From the NCBI RefSeq assembly GCF_000270205.1, contig NC_015913.1, forward strand, positions 540,109 to 572,108: a stretch of 32,000 nt of DNA, in the 5' to 3' direction. The translations under genes were made by a program, and so were the position numbers. Shown one piece after another: positions 8,061-16,411 of this stretch. How positions within the stretch are numbered: the stretch's first letter is position 1; the number at the start of each line of letters is the position of its first letter. The notes beneath the pieces were generated by a model. It was not told where the DNA came from. It ran no database searches and saw only the letters and a list, made by a program, of their open reading frames with translations. The stretch is from Candidatus Arthromitus sp. SFB-mouse-Japan. Lineage in GTDB: Bacteria > Bacillota > Clostridia > Clostridiales > Clostridiaceae.

Positions 8061-9128
8061 ATGAGTAAGAAGATTATATTAACTGGTGGTGGGACGGCAG
8101 GCCATGTTATTCCAAATATTGCAATAATACCTAAATTAAAGGAAATTGGATATGATATTGTTTATATTGGAAGCAGGACTGGGATAGAAAAAGAGCTAAT
8201 ACAGGCACATAAAATTAAGTATTATGGTATAAGTACGGGTAAGCTCAGACGTTATTTTGACATGAATAATTTTAAAGATCCCTTTAGAATAGTTAAGGGT
8301 GTTTTTGAGGCAGTTAAAATAATGAGAGATGAAAAACCTGATATTGTATTTTCAAAAGGTGGATTTGTTGCTATACCTGTAATATTAGGGGCATTTATAA
8401 ATAAAATTCCTATTGTTTCTCATGAGTCAGATATCACTCCAGGACTTGCAAATAAAATTGCTATGCCTTTTATAAAAACTATATGTACGACTTTTCCAGA
8501 AACGGAGAGATATATTGGAAGTAAAAAAATTGAGCTTACAGGTACTCCAATACGGAAAGAACTATTTTTAGGAAGTGAAATAAAGGGGAAAGAAATTTGT
8601 AAATTTAAGAATAATAAGCCTATTATACTTGTAATGGGAGGAAGTCAAGGTTCTACTTTTATAAATAATTTAATACGTAAGAATTTGGATAGACTTTTGG
8701 TTAAATTTAATATAATTCACATTTGCGGCAAAAATAATCTAGATAACAGTTTAGATAATAAGGAAGGATATATTCAAAATGAATATATTAAATCTGAATT
8801 ACCTCATTTATTTAAAATAAGTAGCTTAATAATATCAAGAGCGGGATCAAATAGTATATATGAAATACTTGCGTTAAGAAAACCTAACATACTGATTCCA
8901 TTATCAAGACGAGCTAGTAGAGGAGATCAAATTTTAAATGCAAAGTCTTTTTTTGACAGGGGATTTAGTGAATTTATAGAGGAAGAAGATATAAAGAGTT
9001 TTGATGAATTAAATAATTTAATTAATAAGGTTTATGATAATAGAGAGATGTATATAAACAATATGAATATAAATTCTGATAATCCAATTAAAAATATAAT
9101 TAATGTTATAGTTAAATATTCAAAATAA
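8061..9128 (+). CDS. murG: UDP-N-acetylglucosamine--N-acetylmuramyl-(pentapeptide) pyrophosphoryl-undecaprenol GlcNAc transferase
   Basis: N-terminal ILTGGGTAGHVIPNIAI is present, along with later VMGGSQGS and ISRAGSNSIYEILA motifs. The 355-aa length fits. RBS AGAGGG lies upstream. Confidence 0.92.
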   Translation: MSKKIILTGGGTAGHVIPNIAIIPKLKEIGYDIVYIGSRTGIEKELIQAHKIKYYGISTGKLRRYFDMNNFKDPFRIVKGVFEAVKIMRDEKPDIVFSKGGFVAIPVILGAFINKIPIVSHESDITPGLANKIAMPFIKTICTTFPETERYIGSKKIELTGTPIRKELFLGSEIKGKEICKFKNNKPIILVMGGSQGSTFINNLIRKNLDRLLVKFNIIHICGKNNLDNSLDNKEGYIQNEYIKSELPHLFKISSLIISRAGSNSIYEILALRKPNILIPLSRRASRGDQILNAKSFFDRGFSEFIEEEDIKSFDELNNLINKVYDNREMYINNMNINSDNPIKNIINVIVKYSK

Positions 9129-9130
9129 GA

Positions 9131-9167
9131 AAGGAGAATTCAATTTTAAGTTGAATTCTCCTTTTAT
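9131..9167. terminator. Terminator hairpin shared by murG and the convergent gene
   Basis: A perfect 13-bp stem AAGGAGAATTCAA (9131-9143) / TTGAATTCTCCTT (9151-9163) followed by TTTTAT. Confidence 0.8.
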
Positions 9168-9748
9168 GTTATAAAATTTTTATAGATACCAGATGTCAAT
9201 ATATTTAAAAGTTTGTCTGAAACTATCATATACCACTGATTATTTTTTTTAGATAATTGTATATCTAATATGCTGGAAAATTTATATTTTGTAGATTTTA
9301 ACGATTCTAAAAAAATTTCGTATTTATTTTCATCATCTGGAAAAGATGGATCATTTTTAAAAAAGTTTATTATGTGCTTAGCTATATCGTAATATGTAAA
9401 TCTTATTTTAAGTGTTGATGAGTTAAAAAATGTTTTTGAGGATAATATTTCGTAATCTATGTTGAACATCATATTTTGTATTTCGCTAATTATTTCCATT
9501 TTACTCTCATTGTCTGATTGACTTAATACATTATCAAACACATGATTTATATTTGGTATAGAGATATTTAATAAATATTTATTGGCTTGTTCAATATCTT
9601 TTGAGGTATATGAATTAATAAAATTTTGAAATGTGATTTCACTATCTTTAGATATTGATAGGGAAAATAGGATAGCAAAACCTAAGACTATAGAAATTAG
9701 TATTACACAACAAAATTTTAATAATATATTTTTACTTGTAATTTTCAC
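9164..9748 (-). CDS. Membrane-anchored hypothetical protein
   Basis: GTG start at 9748 behind GGACGGAG. An N-terminal hydrophobic helix (LLKFCCVILISIVLGFAILFSL) is followed by a soluble domain of about 160 aa with no recognisable motifs. Confidence 0.6.
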   Translation of the reverse strand: MKITSKNILLKFCCVILISIVLGFAILFSLSISKDSEITFQNFINSYTSKDIEQANKYLLNISIPNINHVFDNVLSQSDNESKMEIISEIQNMMFNIDYEILSSKTFFNSSTLKIRFTYYDIAKHIINFFKNDPSFPDDENKYEIFLESLKSTKYKFSSILDIQLSKKNNQWYMIVSDKLLNILTSGIYKNFIT

Positions 9749-9797
9749 ATTACTCCGTCCTTTATATTAGATTATTTTAAAATTAAAAGGTGATCTT

Positions 9798-10907
9798 ATG
9801 AAAAAGAATAACAAAAAATTAAAGAATTATACTGATAGAAAATTAATTAATTTAAGATTATTACAAATAAGGTTAATAAGTAGATTAAATGCACCTGATT
9901 TGGAGTACAAGCTATATAATTTACAACAATTAATTACTATTCTTGAAGAAGATGAATTTTATGATCATAAATTAGGTAAACAATACTTAGAAGATATAAA
10001 AAATAATAATTTTAATTGCATTGAGCAGTTTAAAGAGGATAATTCAACTATAGATTTAAATTTTCAAAGTGATTTTAAAGAATTAACATATAACCTTAGA
10101 AAGATAATTTACGATGGAAATTATGAAAAAGCAATAGAACTTGGAAATAAAATAGGAGAAATATATCAAAAAAAGGATTTAATATGGTTTTTAATAGCTT
10201 TATGTCATGACTTAAATGGTGATAAAGAAGAAAGTGTATTCTATTATAAACGATCTATATTGTTAAATGAATCAGAAGTTAAATATTATTATTATTTAGC
10301 TAATGTATATATAGATATAGGGGATTTAGAAAATGCTAATAAATATATTTCGTATGCATTAAAATTAGATTGTGAAAGCAGATATATACTTGAATCCCAT
10401 GCTTATATTTTATTACACAACAATCAGTATGATAGTGCAATTAGTATTTTTAAAGAATTTATGTCTGATACTGAACAGTATAAAAATGTCAATAGAATAA
10501 TTTCAATTATATATTTTTTGAAGGGTATTAATTATTCTTATAAATCAAAGGATGGATATCTTTATAACATAGATAAGAATGATACTTATAATGTTATTGC
10601 GTGTATAGATAAGGCTATGGATTTTGATAGTAGCGATTTATATTTTAAGGAGCATATTGATAATGCAAGAAATTCTTTAAAAATGTGTTTTGATTTAAAG
10701 AGAATATGGATTCTTTTGATAACGAGTTTATTTTATATATTAAATGTTCCTTTTATTAAAGTTTTAGTTATTATTATGTTGTTTGTTATATTTATATCTA
10801 GTTTTAAAATGGTATGTGTACTTGAAAGATTTAAAATAACAAATGATGGGAGTAAAATAGATAATTTCTGTGATAGAATAAATAAAGTATTTTATTTTAA
10901 AAGATAG
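9798..10907 (+). CDS. TPR-repeat protein with C-terminal transmembrane helices
   Basis: TPR-like helix pairs are visible (GNYEKAIELGNKI..., VFYYKRSILLNESEVKYYYYLANVYIDIGDLENANKYISYALKLD, YDSAISIFKEF). The hydrophobic C-terminus is IWILLITSLFYILNVPFIKVLVIIMLFVIFISSF. RBS AAAGGTGA lies upstream. Confidence 0.65.
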   Translation: MKKNNKKLKNYTDRKLINLRLLQIRLISRLNAPDLEYKLYNLQQLITILEEDEFYDHKLGKQYLEDIKNNNFNCIEQFKEDNSTIDLNFQSDFKELTYNLRKIIYDGNYEKAIELGNKIGEIYQKKDLIWFLIALCHDLNGDKEESVFYYKRSILLNESEVKYYYYLANVYIDIGDLENANKYISYALKLDCESRYILESHAYILLHNNQYDSAISIFKEFMSDTEQYKNVNRIISIIYFLKGINYSYKSKDGYLYNIDKNDTYNVIACIDKAMDFDSSDLYFKEHIDNARNSLKMCFDLKRIWILLITSLFYILNVPFIKVLVIIMLFVIFISSFKMVCVLERFKITNDGSKIDNFCDRINKVFYFKR

Positions 10908-10927
10908 TTGAAATTGGAGGTATCAAG

Positions 10928-11416
10928 TTGACTACATTGTATGAACATAATATATTGGGATCTAAGATTTCGATGATTAGTGCTATTTTTAATATACCAT
11001 TTCTTGTTGGAGAAGGTACAATCTGTTTATATGAGCAAGGAATAACTCTTTTAGATAAAAATGGCAATGAAAAATACATTATAGGATTGGATGAATTAGT
11101 TATTAGCTATGAATCCTTTGTTAACACAAGAAATTTAAAATACATTTCTAATATAAAGTTTTTTACATATGATATTAGTTCTAAATTTAGAAACTTAAAT
11201 AAAAAACTTAAGCATGTTAATGGATCTTATTATGGTAAGATGGTAATAACAATATCTGAGATTGGTGAAGTAGAACTTTTTGATAATCAATCATTTAAAT
11301 ATAGAAAGTTTTATAATCTTGTTAATGATTTAAAAAATGGAATTAGCCCTTTAAAAAATATAGAGGAACAAAAAGGAACGTTTTTATCAAAGTTATTTAA
11401 ATATAAATTATTTTAA
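10928..11416 (+). CDS. Hypothetical protein
   Basis: TTG start 8 nt after GGAGG (10915-10919). A 162-aa ORF ending just before a strong terminator. No recognisable motifs. Confidence 0.55.
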   Translation: MTTLYEHNILGSKISMISAIFNIPFLVGEGTICLYEQGITLLDKNGNEKYIIGLDELVISYESFVNTRNLKYISNIKFFTYDISSKFRNLNKKLKHVNGSYYGKMVITISEIGEVELFDNQSFKYRKFYNLVNDLKNGISPLKNIEEQKGTFLSKLFKYKLF

Positions 11417-11451
11417 AAACTTTTGGCAAGTATTTGCCAAAAGTTTTTTTT
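11416..11451 (+). terminator. Rho-independent terminator
   Basis: A perfect 14-bp stem AAAACTTTTGGCAA (11416-11429) / TTGCCAAAAGTTTT (11434-11447) with loop GTAT, followed by a T-run. Confidence 0.85.
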
Positions 11452-11499
11452 ATAAAAAATGAATATTAATTTATTTAATTTTAAAAAATATTAAAGATT

Positions 11500-11886
11500 T
11501 TAATTATTAAGTTCAAATGAGTATGTACCAATACCATTATCGTATTTTAAATCTATGTAGTATATTTTTTCACTGTTAGGTTTAAGAGTAACTTCTTCTT
11601 TTGAAGAAGAACTTATATGTAAATATTCTTTACCATCTTCATCTACAACAGTTATATATGTTTTACCTGTTCTAAGTTTTAATGAAGATTTTAGAGTAGA
11701 TTCTTTTGAAATTGTGAATTTATAGGATTCAGTGCCAGAAAACTTTGAAAAATCTTGTGTTATTTGGGAATTTGGTTCTATTTCACCAATTATTGTTCTT
11801 TTTGTTTTAGGAGCATTAGAACATGAAGTTAAGAAAAGAGTAAGTGTTACAATAAATGTCCCTAATATTAAGTGTCGTGATTTCAT
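11500..11886 (-). CDS. Small lipoprotein of unknown function
   Basis: Signal peptide MKSRHLILGTFIVTLTLFLTSC with lipobox L-T-S-C. RBS AAAGGAGAG (complement of about 11894-11902). The mature part looks beta-rich. It is divergent from the giant-protein operon. Confidence 0.75.
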   Translation of the reverse strand: MKSRHLILGTFIVTLTLFLTSCSNAPKTKRTIIGEIEPNSQITQDFSKFSGTESYKFTISKESTLKSSLKLRTGKTYITVVDEDGKEYLHISSSSKEEVTLKPNSEKIYYIDLKYDNGIGTYSFELNN

Positions 11887-12002
11887 TATTGAACTCTCCT
11901 TTTAAGTACTTTGGATTTAGTATTGCACAAAAATAGGAAAAATTTCAAACAGTTTTACGATTTAACAATTATTTTAAGAATTTAGGAAAGGAAGGAATTA
12001 AT

Positions 12003-15000
12003 TTGAATAATGGAGCTTTAAAAATTTTAAATTCAATATTTTTACTCTTGTTTGTGGTAAATTGCTTGGGATTTTCTAGTGCATATTCTAAAAATAAAGT
12101 AGTTAAACAATCGAGAGCATATGATTTGGAATTAAAGATTGATAATGTGAATTTCAATTCAGCTAAATTTAGTTGGGTATATCCGGAAGACATTGAATTT
12201 ACATTTGGAGATTACATAAGTTTGATTTTGATTAATGAAGAGAATGGAAGTCAAGGAGAAACTCCTATATTTTCTGTCATTCATGGTAAAGATGAGGCAG
12301 ATTTATCAGAGATTACAAGTTTTGAAATTAATTCACTAATACATTCAACAAAGTATCAGTTGAAATTAGAATTAAGCAAAATACAAGGGGATTATTATTC
12401 TGTTGAGGAAAGTTTTGAAACATCTGATTTTGAAATATTTGATATTCAAATAGAGGGAGCAGAGGAGGGAGTAGTTAGAAATAAGCTATTGAAGGTTAAT
12501 TGGAAAACAAATCCTGAAACAGTAGATTTTGGAGAAAATGATAAGGTTGAGATATTTTTAAAGAAATTAAGTGACAATGATTTTTCGAAAAAGCCAATTT
12601 TTTCATCAGATAAAGATGTTAAGAGTGCAGAATTTTCTCTCCCTGTGTTTGAAGAAATGTATGATTTCAAAATAGCGTATCGCTTGAAAGGAAATGTAAT
12701 TTATAGTGATTTCTTTTACTGTGATTTAAAAAGTGGGGGAGCAATTCCTGAAATGCAAGATATAAAATCTTCATCGGCTAAGCTTACTTTGAATTATCTG
12801 AATGAGGAAATGTTAACTGAAAATAGTAAAGTTAATATCTACATTAAAGAAGATAGGAATCTTGATTATAGTAAAGATCCGATTGTTTCATTTGATGGTA
12901 AGGAAGAGATTATTAAAAATAAAGAATATGTATTTAATAAACTTAAGTTTTCAACAAAATATTATGTTAAAGTTCAACTTGTTGTTGAAAGTTTTAATGA
13001 ATTTGGAAAAGATATGCTAGCTATGGATGAGAATAGATGTGAGTTTGAAACGAAAAAATTTGATATAAAGGATTTAGTTTTTACTGATGGAAATGAAAAT
13101 ATCTCAAAGCTTAGTTGGAATTTTGATGGTGAGGATATTTCATTTTCTGAAGGAGATAATTTGAAAGTTTACATAAAAGAGAGCTCAAAAGATAGCTATT
13201 CAGAGGATATTTTAAAAGACAGTACTTTAAGTGTAGATGAATTATTGACAAAAAAAGAGTTGAATATTACGTTTCCTAAGTATGATACAAAATATGATAT
13301 CAAGTTAATTTATACTATTGGGGGTAAACAGCTTTCTAAATATTTAACTCATACTGTTTCTTTACCTAAAATTGATTTTGGAGTAAAGGTGTTAAGTGAT
13401 GAAAGTTTGGAATTTAAATTTAATTTTGATCAAAATAAAACTAGGTTTGAAAAAAATGAGAATGATAGAATAGAAATTTTTGTTAAAAAATATGGTGAAA
13501 AAGATGAGGCTTATAAGTCTATAACATTTAACGATGAGGAGTTAAATGATATGGAAGTTTCATCAAGAGAGGGAGAAGATGTAACTGAGAACAAAATAGA
13601 GCGAAAATTGAAGATTGAAAATATTTCATCTGTTGTTAATGGAGCTTCGGGATCAAGAGAGGGAAGTCAGGATGAAGGAGATCAAGTTAACAGTAGTGGA
13701 GGAGGTCAAGATGATTCAAGTTCCACGCAAGAGGAGAAAAAGCAATATGATTTTAAAATCGTTGTAACAAAAGATGGGGCTTTGTTCCAAGAGAAGTTTT
13801 ATAGAGTGTCAATGGAAAAGGATTCACTTCAAATTGTTGATGTGGTTTTTAAGAAGATAAATGAGAAAAAGGTTGAGACAAGTGTTGAGTATGCACCTTA
13901 TGATTATGATTTTAATGATAAGGTTGAATCGCTTAGTTATACAAAGGAGAAGAATTCATCTTCTAAAAGTAAAAATCCTGAATTTAAGAGGTCATCGAAT
14001 AAGACTACATCAATAACTAATGATTTTAAAACAAATAACAAATTTGAGATAGAGTTTGAAGATTTCGGAGTTTATAAATTGAAATTTTCGTATAAGATGA
14101 AGGAAAATGGAACTACAGATGGGGTTACTACTACTACTAGAAATTCAGAAAATCAGTTTAAATGTAACGAGATGGAAAAAATTTATGATAATAAGTTTGA
14201 TGTTTTTAAATTTGAGTTAGTAGATGATGTTTTTAATGAAATAAAATTAAATTTAAATTTTGTGAATTATTATAAGCCTAAAAATGGAGATAAAGTTGAT
14301 ATATTTTTCAAAGTAAGTGGTGATGAAAGTGAATCTGAATCCGGAGATGATAGTTTTAGTAAAGATCCATTAGTCACATTTGTTCATAAAGATAATGAAC
14401 TCAATTTAGTAAATATGGGAGCTTTTGATTTATCTGGACTTGATGCTGGAACTAAGTATACTTTTAGAGCGAAATTCACCGCTAAGGATCATATATCAAA
14501 TGTGATACAAGAAGATAAAAATGCAGCTACTAAAGATATTAAAATTTCTAATTTGAGGATTGATCATGTATCTGACATAGTTGCATATGTAAGATGGGAG
14601 CTTGAAGAGGGATTTGAGTTTGGAGTTAATGATAAAGTGGATATTTTCTATAAAGTAGATGGAGAGGAATATCCAGAAGAAGCAAACCAACAGGAAGAAG
14701 ATTTATATATTAGTGATGGAGTTATTATTTATTTAGATACAGTTGATACTCAATATAAAGTAAAGTTTATATTTAGGAGTGGAAGTAAAACTCTTGAGAA
14801 AGAAATAGATTTTAATAATAAAATAGATGATTTAGATGCCGAAATTACAGATGTTTATGAAACATCCACTTATATAAAATGGAATTATCCTTCTAATTAT
14901 GATTTTACAGATGGAGAAAGTATTGCAATATTTATAAAAACAAAGGATGGAACTTATGATGAAGAGCCAGATTATTATGTTGAACAAAATGAAGAAGAGG

Positions 15001-16388
15001 GCGAGGATGTAAAAACATTTAAAAGTATTAAAATGACAAATTTGTATCCAAATACAGAATATGATGCAAAAATTTTATTAGATTTTGGGGATGTAGGGAA
15101 GAAAGAAAAGGAAGTTAGTTTTAAGACTAAAGAAATTGATATGTTAAATATTTCACTTAAGGCGTTGTCTAATAATTTTTTTGATATAGGCTGGGAGTTT
15201 TCTTCAGATACACTTGATTTTGATGAATATGTGGATTCTTTAAATATATATAGGAAGCTTGAAGATGATGATTTTTCGGATTCTAATATTATTTATAAAA
15301 TTGAAAATGGTATTGATAAAAGAAATAGTATAAGACTTGAAGTAGATGATATTTATGAGAGTTATGATATTAAGATTGAATACAAATTTTTATCTGGAAG
15401 TATAGAGAAAACGATTTCTGCAGGAGGGTTTCTTGCGGAGTTTGAAGGGGATACATCTAATTTGATGGTGAAATATCCTGAATCTTTAGTATTTGAAAAA
15501 GGTGATTTTATAAAAGTTCTTGCAAGAGAAGGATTAGAGGGAGATTATGAAGATTTTATAAATATAGAACATTCATCTTCTGAAAATTTAAATAAATTAG
15601 AAAATATAGAATTAGATAGTTTACTTAGTGGAACATCGATTATTTTGAGCATTAACAATAAAAATACTCAAGTTTTTCCTGTAGAGATTACTTATGAATA
15701 TGAGGAAGTTGGAGATGAAGACGGGGGAGAATCAGAATATCCAGTTTTAGATATTGTAAGTGAAATGAAAGGAAATTGGGTAGATATAAGTATTCCAGAT
15801 GAATATGATATTGATACTTCATCAGAAGTTTTAAATAGCATTGGTGGTAATTCTTACTATGACCAATTAGAAGATGGAACGTATGTAATAGTAATAGATA
15901 GAATTGTACCTAAAAAAGTTTACTCTAATGTATTTGTTTTAACATCTGATATGAGTGGAAATGAAGTTAGGTTTGATATAGGTGAATTTCAATTAGAACC
16001 ATATAATTTGTTAGAAGATTTTCTATTTAACTCTTATTATTTTGCTTTTGATAGGGAACCTGATGAAAACGGATACAATTATTGGAAAGATCAACTTGAA
16101 GTAGAGGGAAATTTGTCAGGGAAGTATTTTCTTATTAATTTAATGTTTGCAGAAAGAGAGTTTGCAGATAGAAATCTGAGTGATGAAGATTTGATTAAAG
16201 CTTTATATCAAATTGTAGTTAACAGACAGTATGATACTGAAGGATTAAATTATTGGATTTATATGTATGGTGAATATTTAAATGAGTTCGGCGGTGATAA
16301 ATATGAAGCGAAGAAAACTTTAGTTTTAAGGATGGCTTATGAACCTGAGTTCGGAAGATTATGTGATGAAATGGGAATAGCTTGGTAA
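12003..16388 (+). CDS. Giant secreted Fn3-like repeat protein with C-terminal twin DUF4214-like cassette (paralogue A, 1461 aa)
   Basis: An uninterrupted 4.4-kb ORF. TTG start behind AGGAAAGGAAGG. The N-terminal hydrophobic signal-like segment is ILNSIFLLLFVVNCLGFSSA. About 12 modules of roughly 100 aa carry Fn3 hallmarks (W.YP...F..GD.I.IF.K, L.P.T.Y.AK). The C-terminus is FAFDREPDENGYNYW...ALYQIVVNRQYDTEGLNYW. Confidence 0.9.
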   Translation: MNNGALKILNSIFLLLFVVNCLGFSSAYSKNKVVKQSRAYDLELKIDNVNFNSAKFSWVYPEDIEFTFGDYISLILINEENGSQGETPIFSVIHGKDEADLSEITSFEINSLIHSTKYQLKLELSKIQGDYYSVEESFETSDFEIFDIQIEGAEEGVVRNKLLKVNWKTNPETVDFGENDKVEIFLKKLSDNDFSKKPIFSSDKDVKSAEFSLPVFEEMYDFKIAYRLKGNVIYSDFFYCDLKSGGAIPEMQDIKSSSAKLTLNYLNEEMLTENSKVNIYIKEDRNLDYSKDPIVSFDGKEEIIKNKEYVFNKLKFSTKYYVKVQLVVESFNEFGKDMLAMDENRCEFETKKFDIKDLVFTDGNENISKLSWNFDGEDISFSEGDNLKVYIKESSKDSYSEDILKDSTLSVDELLTKKELNITFPKYDTKYDIKLIYTIGGKQLSKYLTHTVSLPKIDFGVKVLSDESLEFKFNFDQNKTRFEKNENDRIEIFVKKYGEKDEAYKSITFNDEELNDMEVSSREGEDVTENKIERKLKIENISSVVNGASGSREGSQDEGDQVNSSGGGQDDSSSTQEEKKQYDFKIVVTKDGALFQEKFYRVSMEKDSLQIVDVVFKKINEKKVETSVEYAPYDYDFNDKVESLSYTKEKNSSSKSKNPEFKRSSNKTTSITNDFKTNNKFEIEFEDFGVYKLKFSYKMKENGTTDGVTTTTRNSENQFKCNEMEKIYDNKFDVFKFELVDDVFNEIKLNLNFVNYYKPKNGDKVDIFFKVSGDESESESGDDSFSKDPLVTFVHKDNELNLVNMGAFDLSGLDAGTKYTFRAKFTAKDHISNVIQEDKNAATKDIKISNLRIDHVSDIVAYVRWELEEGFEFGVNDKVDIFYKVDGEEYPEEANQQEEDLYISDGVIIYLDTVDTQYKVKFIFRSGSKTLEKEIDFNNKIDDLDAEITDVYETSTYIKWNYPSNYDFTDGESIAIFIKTKDGTYDEEPDYYVEQNEEEGEDVKTFKSIKMTNLYPNTEYDAKILLDFGDVGKKEKEVSFKTKEIDMLNISLKALSNNFFDIGWEFSSDTLDFDEYVDSLNIYRKLEDDDFSDSNIIYKIENGIDKRNSIRLEVDDIYESYDIKIEYKFLSGSIEKTISAGGFLAEFEGDTSNLMVKYPESLVFEKGDFIKVLAREGLEGDYEDFINIEHSSSENLNKLENIELDSLLSGTSIILSINNKNTQVFPVEITYEYEEVGDEDGGESEYPVLDIVSEMKGNWVDISIPDEYDIDTSSEVLNSIGGNSYYDQLEDGTYVIVIDRIVPKKVYSNVFVLTSDMSGNEVRFDIGEFQLEPYNLLEDFLFNSYYFAFDREPDENGYNYWKDQLEVEGNLSGKYFLINLMFAEREFADRNLSDEDLIKALYQIVVNRQYDTEGLNYWIYMYGEYLNEFGGDKYEAKKTLVLRMAYEPEFGRLCDEMGIAW
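12126..16007 (+). repeat. Array of about 12 divergent Fn3/Ig-like coding modules (about 300 nt each) in paralogue A
   Basis: The repeat is at protein level only. Recurrent signatures are W.[YF]P/W.F..., GD/ND-K-[VI]-x-I-[FY]-x-K, and either L.P.T.Y..K (type A) or Y[DS].K[IL].Y..GG (type B). No long identical nucleotide repeats were seen. Confidence 0.75.
16008..16385 (+). other. Twin DUF4214-like C-terminal cassette of paralogue A
   Basis: LLEDFLFNSYYFAFDREPDENGYNYWKDQL...EREF followed by LSDEDLIKALYQIVVNRQYDTEGLNYW. This gives two copies of the hh..hY...h.R.sD..G..YW pattern typical of DUF4214. The protein ends ...EMGIAW. Confidence 0.7.
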
Positions 16389-16411
16389 TTTTGTATTTAT
16401 GGAGGAGAGGA

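Noticed and set aside
9749-9797. A very short (49 nt) divergent spacer between the 9164-9748 (-) gene and the TPR gene (+), as a possible shared regulatory site.
   Set aside because: The spacer is almost fully occupied by the two RBSs, and no palindrome or promoter motif is discernible. The promoters probably lie inside the neighbouring coding regions.
11887-12002. A search for a clear sigma-A promoter for the giant-protein operon in the divergent spacer.
   Set aside because: Only weak candidates were found (TTGCAC at 11923 with no matching -10; TTTTAC-17-AAGAAT near 11953-11981). Neither is good enough to annotate, and the operon may use an alternative sigma factor.
10897-12193. Minus-strand ORFs 10897-11079 and 11969-12193.
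   Set aside because: The first is antisense to the 10928-11416 gene. The second overlaps the RBS and 5' end of giant gene A. Neither has an RBS or any motifs.
16382-16411. The ORF-track start of giant gene B at 16382, overlapping the stop of gene A.
   Set aside because: No RBS precedes it. The ATG at 16412 sits 6 nt after GGAGGAGAGG and yields a normal positively charged n-region (MKICMKR) before the hydrophobic core.
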